DNA of 64,000 nucleotides from contig CBFIIU010000010.1 in NCBI GenBank assembly GCA_965662735.1, forward strand, positions 11,553 to 75,552. The letters run 5' to 3'. The notes beneath the pieces are model-generated. The model did no database searches, was not told where the DNA came from, and saw nothing but the letters and a program-made list of their open reading frames with translations. This document shows positions 59,729 through 64,000 of the stretch, one piece after another. Source of the stretch: Alphaproteobacteria bacterium. GTDB lineage: Bacteria; Pseudomonadota; Alphaproteobacteria; RS24. Both the position numbers and the translations under genes were made by a program. Every line of letters starts with the position of its first letter. The first letter of the stretch is position 1.

Positions 59729-61510
59729 CTAAACTAAAAGGATTTGAGTGTCGGATTTGTCGCCCGCAGAAGCCGTGACCAGTACCTGATAAACTCCATC
59801 CGTATCATGGTCTGTTGGATTTTCGAAATCGACAGCAGATTTAAAGCTGAGCACCCCTGTAATGGCGTTAATGTCCAACAGGGCGGCATCATCGCCTCCG
59901 GTGATCGAATAAGTGATCCCAGGACGATTGGTGCTGGCACTCACGAGAATGGCTGCGACATCAGTCTCGCCCTCGGGTAAGCTCAGGTTATATAGGTCGT
60001 CCGAAAATTTGGGTTCAGCGTTAGGGTTAACCAAAACAGAAACCTGAACATTTTGCGTTGTTACTTGCCCGGTTGTATCACTCGCCCGAATAGAAATTTC
60101 GTAGACATTGTCGCCATTAGCGTCTTTGGGGTCGTCAAGATTGGGGGCCGCTTTAAACCGCAATTGACCCGAAACACTATTGAGCTCGAACAAGGCGGCG
60201 TCAGGTCCGTCAAGCACATAGCTAACATCCGTGCCCTCTGGGTCATTCGCAAATACGGTGAAAGTTGATAATTGCCCGTGATAGTTCGAAAACTTCGCTG
60301 GGCTAAAGAATTTGGGCGCATCATCTATGTGGGTTAAACTGACCACGAGATCAGCCTGTTGCGACCATGCTTCGCCATCATAAACTTGGTATTGAATAAT
60401 GGCCTTGGATGCCACTTCACTGTTTGAGAGAAGACGCAGACTTTGAATGTCGTTTCCTTCTAATTCAGCCCCAACAGCAATAGGACGACCATTCACATCG
60501 AACAGGGTGACAGGATTTCCATCACTATCGGCGGCACCGAGAATCCGAAGTTTAGCGAACCCGGTTGCCGGCCCACCATCGCTGCTGAAAAGATCAAAAA
60601 ATCCCCAGCTATCCGGTTTAATCAGCGTTACGACATGTTCATGTGCCGTTAAACCTTCAACAGGCAGCGCCAGCGGCACACCGCTCACCCGGTCGTTAAG
60701 ATTGGCGAGCTCATGATCGGCGGCCGGTAAATCAGTAACTGAGAAGCCATTTGCACGGATATGCGCAGCAGCGGCTTGGGCACTGCCATATTGATCGATG
60801 TAATTTTGCACACGCGCATTGATCTGCGTAATAAGATCGGCCTTTACATTCTCGCCATCATCATTCGGCAGATAATTTTTGGGGTTCGTAATGTCGTTTG
60901 TGCGGATTGATGTTCCTGTTCCAAAGAGTTTTTGTAAGAAGTCGGGCGCGATCACCGCTTCTGAGCGGGGCGCCGGGGTTGTTTGTTCATCGGTGATAAC
61001 CGCATGGAGAAGCTGGGTGATGGCGGAAACCGTTTGCACCGCGTCTGGAGACGACAATGGAACAGTCGCCACTCCCGATAATTTTTCACCCGCGTAAAGA
61101 TCAATGGCGCCATTTAAGTCGACCAAAAGCCCTTGCTCAACCACCGATCGGGAGACCGTCAAATGACCGGAGGCGTCGGTGACCCCCAGCAGAGTATCCT
61201 CGGGATCGATCTGATTATTCCCATTCACATCTTGATAGACGGCCGCCTGTGTGACCCCTCCCCCATTCACATACAGATCAACATCCGTTGATAAGGGGGT
61301 TGTTGTATCTTGCACCCGATATGTTTTTTCTCCCCCGCAGGCAGATAGCAGGCCAACCAACACTGGTGAGATCCCCACGCCCCAGAGCCGGGGTTGATTG
61401 AATGCGGAAGTGGTCGCGAGGCGCCGATTCCATTTCGCAAAGCGCGATGTTTCATTGAATCGTTGAGCAGGATTGGCTGTGGATTGAGAAAAGTTTGGAG
61501 AAATAAACAT
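59729..61510 (-). CDS. cadherin-repeat surface lipoprotein
   Basis: 593-aa ORF with lipobox LVGLLSACGG about 55 aa from the predicted start. At least two C-terminal cadherin-like units: FANDPEGTDVSYVLDGPDAALFELNSVSGQLRFKAAPNLDDPKDANGDNVYEISIRASD, and ITYSITGGDDAALLDINAITGVLSFKSAVDFENPTDHDTDGVYQVLVTASAGD. Confidence 0.7.
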   Translation of the reverse strand: MFISPNFSQSTANPAQRFNETSRFAKWNRRLATTSAFNQPRLWGVGISPVLVGLLSACGGEKTYRVQDTTTPLSTDVDLYVNGGGVTQAAVYQDVNGNNQIDPEDTLLGVTDASGHLTVSRSVVEQGLLVDLNGAIDLYAGEKLSGVATVPLSSPDAVQTVSAITQLLHAVITDEQTTPAPRSEAVIAPDFLQKLFGTGTSIRTNDITNPKNYLPNDDGENVKADLITQINARVQNYIDQYGSAQAAAAHIRANGFSVTDLPAADHELANLNDRVSGVPLALPVEGLTAHEHVVTLIKPDSWGFFDLFSSDGGPATGFAKLRILGAADSDGNPVTLFDVNGRPIAVGAELEGNDIQSLRLLSNSEVASKAIIQYQVYDGEAWSQQADLVVSLTHIDDAPKFFSPAKFSNYHGQLSTFTVFANDPEGTDVSYVLDGPDAALFELNSVSGQLRFKAAPNLDDPKDANGDNVYEISIRASDTTGQVTTQNVQVSVLVNPNAEPKFSDDLYNLSLPEGETDVAAILVSASTNRPGITYSITGGDDAALLDINAITGVLSFKSAVDFENPTDHDTDGVYQVLVTASAGDKSDTQILLV

Positions 61511-62063
61511 GCGATCACCTTGTTGTGTTTCTTTGGTGGGATGCCGCCTTTGATTTGACGACTACGCATGACAATTAATCGTGGAACCTTAATAACCCCT
61601 TAACGCGACCGGGCGTGTTCTGAACCCCATCTGACGCAAGGCACTTGGTTACACATGAATAGGGACACATAAGGAGGAATACAAAAGCAGCTCGGATAGT
61701 GTGGTTCGGATAAAACCTAGGATCCGGCGCATTTGCCCATAACCCTACACTCAGAACGTTTTACTCAAACGCATGTACAAAGCAGAGCCAGAACCACAAT
61801 CGTGTGCGCAAAAATGCGGAATAAAATGAAGGTGGTGTGGCAAAGATAAAGCCGCTTAACCTTCGACTAACATGCGTCGTATCTCGCTAAAAGTTTGATA
61901 ATGTCATTTTTTGAGTTTTGTTCTGTGACGACTAAAAATTCAGTTTGTGCCCTACTTCCTAAAATTTAGTCAGATACGCATTATTTAGGCCTTACTGAAA
62001 TTTCGGGATTCTGATACTGATTGTGACCGTAAGTTGAAAAATTAAAGAAAAGGATGACGCGTT

Positions 62064-63032
62064 ATGGGACGTCTCTTGAAGGTATTTGGATTTCTTGTTT
62101 TGTCAGTTATCGGGTTAGCCGCCATTGGGTTGGCGGTGTTTTCGACCCCGGACATTCAGCGCAGTGACCTCGAAGACAAATATACGAGCGACGCGTCGCA
62201 CTTTATGGACTGGGAAGATGGTGCGCGGCTGCATTACCGTGATCAAGGAAATCGATCGGGCACAAGCCTCATCTTAATTCACGGATCGAACGCGTCTCTT
62301 CACAGTTGGGAGCCATGGGTATCTGAATTAGCAGATGATTTTCGCCTCATCAGCCTTGATCTTCCCGGACACGGATTAACCGGCGCCGTCCCCAACTCAA
62401 ATTATTCCGTATCGGATATGAGCCAATATGTGATCCGTCTCATGGACGCGCTGAATATCGATGAGGCATATCTCGCCGGCAATTCAATGGGCGGAGCTGT
62501 GAGTTTGACCGTGGCGCTGGATCATCCCGAGCGCGTTTCTGGGCTCATTCTTATTTCGGCCGCGGGGATGCAAAGAGATGCGGGTGATGCGCCTGTTGGT
62601 GCCTTTCGGCTGACGCAGAATGTGATTGGGCGGCAAATTTTGCGGCACATTACCCCGCGCAATATGGTTGAGGATACAATCAGCAAAATTGTAGCGGAAC
62701 CGGATCGTTTTATTACAGATGAAATGGTCACGCGATATTGGGAGTTAATGCGGATGGAAGGAACGCGCGATGCCACGATTACGCGATTTGCGGGATACGC
62801 TGCTTCTGCTCCCATTGAACCCCGATTGCCAAACCTGACCCAACCTGCCCTGAGCTTATGGGGGGAAAAAGATACCTTAATTAAGCCGGTCTATGGCGAG
62901 CGCATGTCACAGGTCATTCCCAATAATCGACTGATTATCTATCCAAATGCGGGCCACATGGCGATGGAGGAAGTGCCGGAACAAAGTGCTGCGGATGCGC
63001 GCGCATTTATAAAAAATGCAAGCGATCGATAG
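62064..63032 (+). CDS. alpha/beta-fold hydrolase
   Basis: 322-aa ORF with an N-terminal TM/signal, oxyanion LIHGSN, nucleophile elbow GNSMGG, and C-terminal GHMAMEE. Confidence 0.8.
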   Translation: MGRLLKVFGFLVLSVIGLAAIGLAVFSTPDIQRSDLEDKYTSDASHFMDWEDGARLHYRDQGNRSGTSLILIHGSNASLHSWEPWVSELADDFRLISLDLPGHGLTGAVPNSNYSVSDMSQYVIRLMDALNIDEAYLAGNSMGGAVSLTVALDHPERVSGLILISAAGMQRDAGDAPVGAFRLTQNVIGRQILRHITPRNMVEDTISKIVAEPDRFITDEMVTRYWELMRMEGTRDATITRFAGYAASAPIEPRLPNLTQPALSLWGEKDTLIKPVYGERMSQVIPNNRLIIYPNAGHMAMEEVPEQSAADARAFIKNASDR

Positions 63033-63069
63033 ACAAGCGCAAGCGACCAACAGATAAGCGCAATGCGCT

Positions 63070-63600
63070 TTACCAGATTTCGGGTTTTGACAGTGCCGGG
63101 ACGCAGTGGAAAGAGGTGTGTTGTTCCGGAAGCACCGCATCCCTTAACATTTGTCCCAACCATCCAAAGGGAAACTCCAACGGGTATGGCGGAATGAAGC
63201 TTTGTGCGGGTTCCTTTGAAAAACCAAAGCGGCCATAATATGCAGGGTCGCCATAAACAAACAGGATAACAACCTGATCTTCGATAAGCATATCGACGCC
63301 AGACTGTATGAGGCGCGTCCCAACCCCTTGTTTTTGATATTCTGGAGAAATGGCGAGGGGTGCGAGAATATATCCAGATAAATGAGCGTTGATGTCCAGG
63401 AAGATCGGACTATACGACACATATCCAACAATGTGATGGTCGATCTCGGCAATGAGGGATTTTACAGGTGGCTGACTATGCTCACGTAAAAACTCTGCCG
63501 CAAGGTTAATGATGAGCTCACGCTCATCTGCTGGAAAAGCCGTCTCAATCACGTTTTGGATTGCGGGTAAATCTGTTTTGGCAGCGTCCCTAATTTTCAT
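63070..63600 (-). CDS. GNAT family N-acetyltransferase
   Basis: MKIRDAAKTDLPAIQNVIETAF, acetyl-CoA motif YQKQGVGTRLI, YYGRFGF. ATG 63600 overlaps the DoxX stop (ATGA), preferred over track start 63630. Confidence 0.75.
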   Translation of the reverse strand: MKIRDAAKTDLPAIQNVIETAFPADERELIINLAAEFLREHSQPPVKSLIAEIDHHIVGYVSYSPIFLDINAHLSGYILAPLAISPEYQKQGVGTRLIQSGVDMLIEDQVVILFVYGDPAYYGRFGFSKEPAQSFIPPYPLEFPFGWLGQMLRDAVLPEQHTSFHCVPALSKPEIW

Positions 63601-64000
63601 TGTGCGGAAGGCCGATTGAAAATTGTCCATTGGGGAAGATGAGCGCTCGCGCTCAAGACAAGCAATCCAGCAAATATACCCAAATTCTTGACGAAATTTT
63701 GCATCTCGTGCCCCGTATCAGTATTGGGATAGTCGTTCCAAAAGTCATGCATTCCTAGGTTGATCAACAGCGTTAAGGCGGCAAGGATGAGAGCCGGTTC
63801 TTTGATGCGATACCCCGTGATCAGCGATAATCCAAAACCAATCTGTAGAATAATCGTTAGGGGCAAGAGTACAGAAACAAATGGAACGTGATGCAGCGTC
63901 ATATAGGCAACCATCGCATCATAGCTTGGAATTTTTGTTAGACCCGGAAGTAAAAAATACAACTCCAGCAATACGCGGCCAATGGTGATGGATGTTTTTT
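63597..64000 (-). CDS. DoxX family membrane protein (5' end probably beyond the right edge)
   Basis: Four-TM pattern with ...GRVLLELYFLLPGLTKI...PLTIILQIGFGLSLITG...NLGIFAGLLVL. The frame stays open to position 64000, so the TTG at 63971 is probably not the true start. Confidence 0.6.
   Translation of the reverse strand, partial: KTSITIGRVLLELYFLLPGLTKIPSYDAMVAYMTLHHVPFVSVLLPLTIILQIGFGLSLITGYRIKEPALILAALTLLINLGMHDFWNDYPNTDTGHEMQNFVKNLGIFAGLLVLSASAHLPQWTIFNRPSAQ

Noticed and set aside
61671-61677. Perfect Shine-Dalgarno AAGGAGG in the 553-bp spacer, suggesting a hidden small ORF.
   Set aside because: No ATG/GTG/TTG lies within the usual 5-10 nt. The nearest GTG is about 21 nt away, and the frames close quickly. 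It is kept only as part of the spacer finding.
1-64000. Searched by eye for CRISPR arrays, IS elements/terminal inverted repeats, integrases, phage genes, toxin-antitoxin pairs and known defence-system domains.
   Set aside because: None found. All sizeable ORFs are accounted for by housekeeping or ordinary metabolic/envelope families, and the only repeats seen are short 12-nt tandem units.

Overview
This 64-kb segment looks like core chromosome, most consistent with an alphaproteobacterium. Evidence for that placement: an AapJQMP-type general amino-acid ABC transporter, TrmFO, a pcm-tolC-PopZ-like-valS neighbourhood, a ChrR-like protein beside Cfa/DUF1365/FAD-oxidoreductase/photolyase genes, the argS-SPOR-nagZ-scpAB-tatABC-serS-surE-nlpD-yajC-secDF gene order, and a GAAC-N7-type SOS-like box between uvrA and ssb. 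I annotate about 62 densely packed protein genes, three tRNAs (Asn-GUU, Cys-GCA, Lys-UUU), one clear intrinsic terminator and a few candidate promoters/operators. All calls rest on motifs I recognise in the translated ORFs and on hand folding of the tRNAs; no alignment, HMM or database search was possible. I saw no rRNA, transposase, integrase, phage, toxin-antitoxin, restriction-modification or CRISPR signal, and no convincing novel multi-gene system. The window is mostly housekeeping. The best leads for a second look are: (1) a photo-oxidative-stress gene set at 9.1-15.4 kb, with furan-fatty-acid-type enzymes and a photolyase, whose ChrR-like protein lacks the zinc-binding cysteines and has no adjacent ECF sigma gene; (2) a compact uncharacterised four-gene operon at 53.1-55.6 kb (thioesterase, MAPEG, TauD-family dioxygenase, GATase1); (3) a lysine/alanine-rich histone-H1-like tail on UvrA; (4) a cadherin-repeat lipoprotein next to a 553-bp ORF-free region. 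Several ORF-track starts are over-extended and I corrected them where a better start or overlap was visible.
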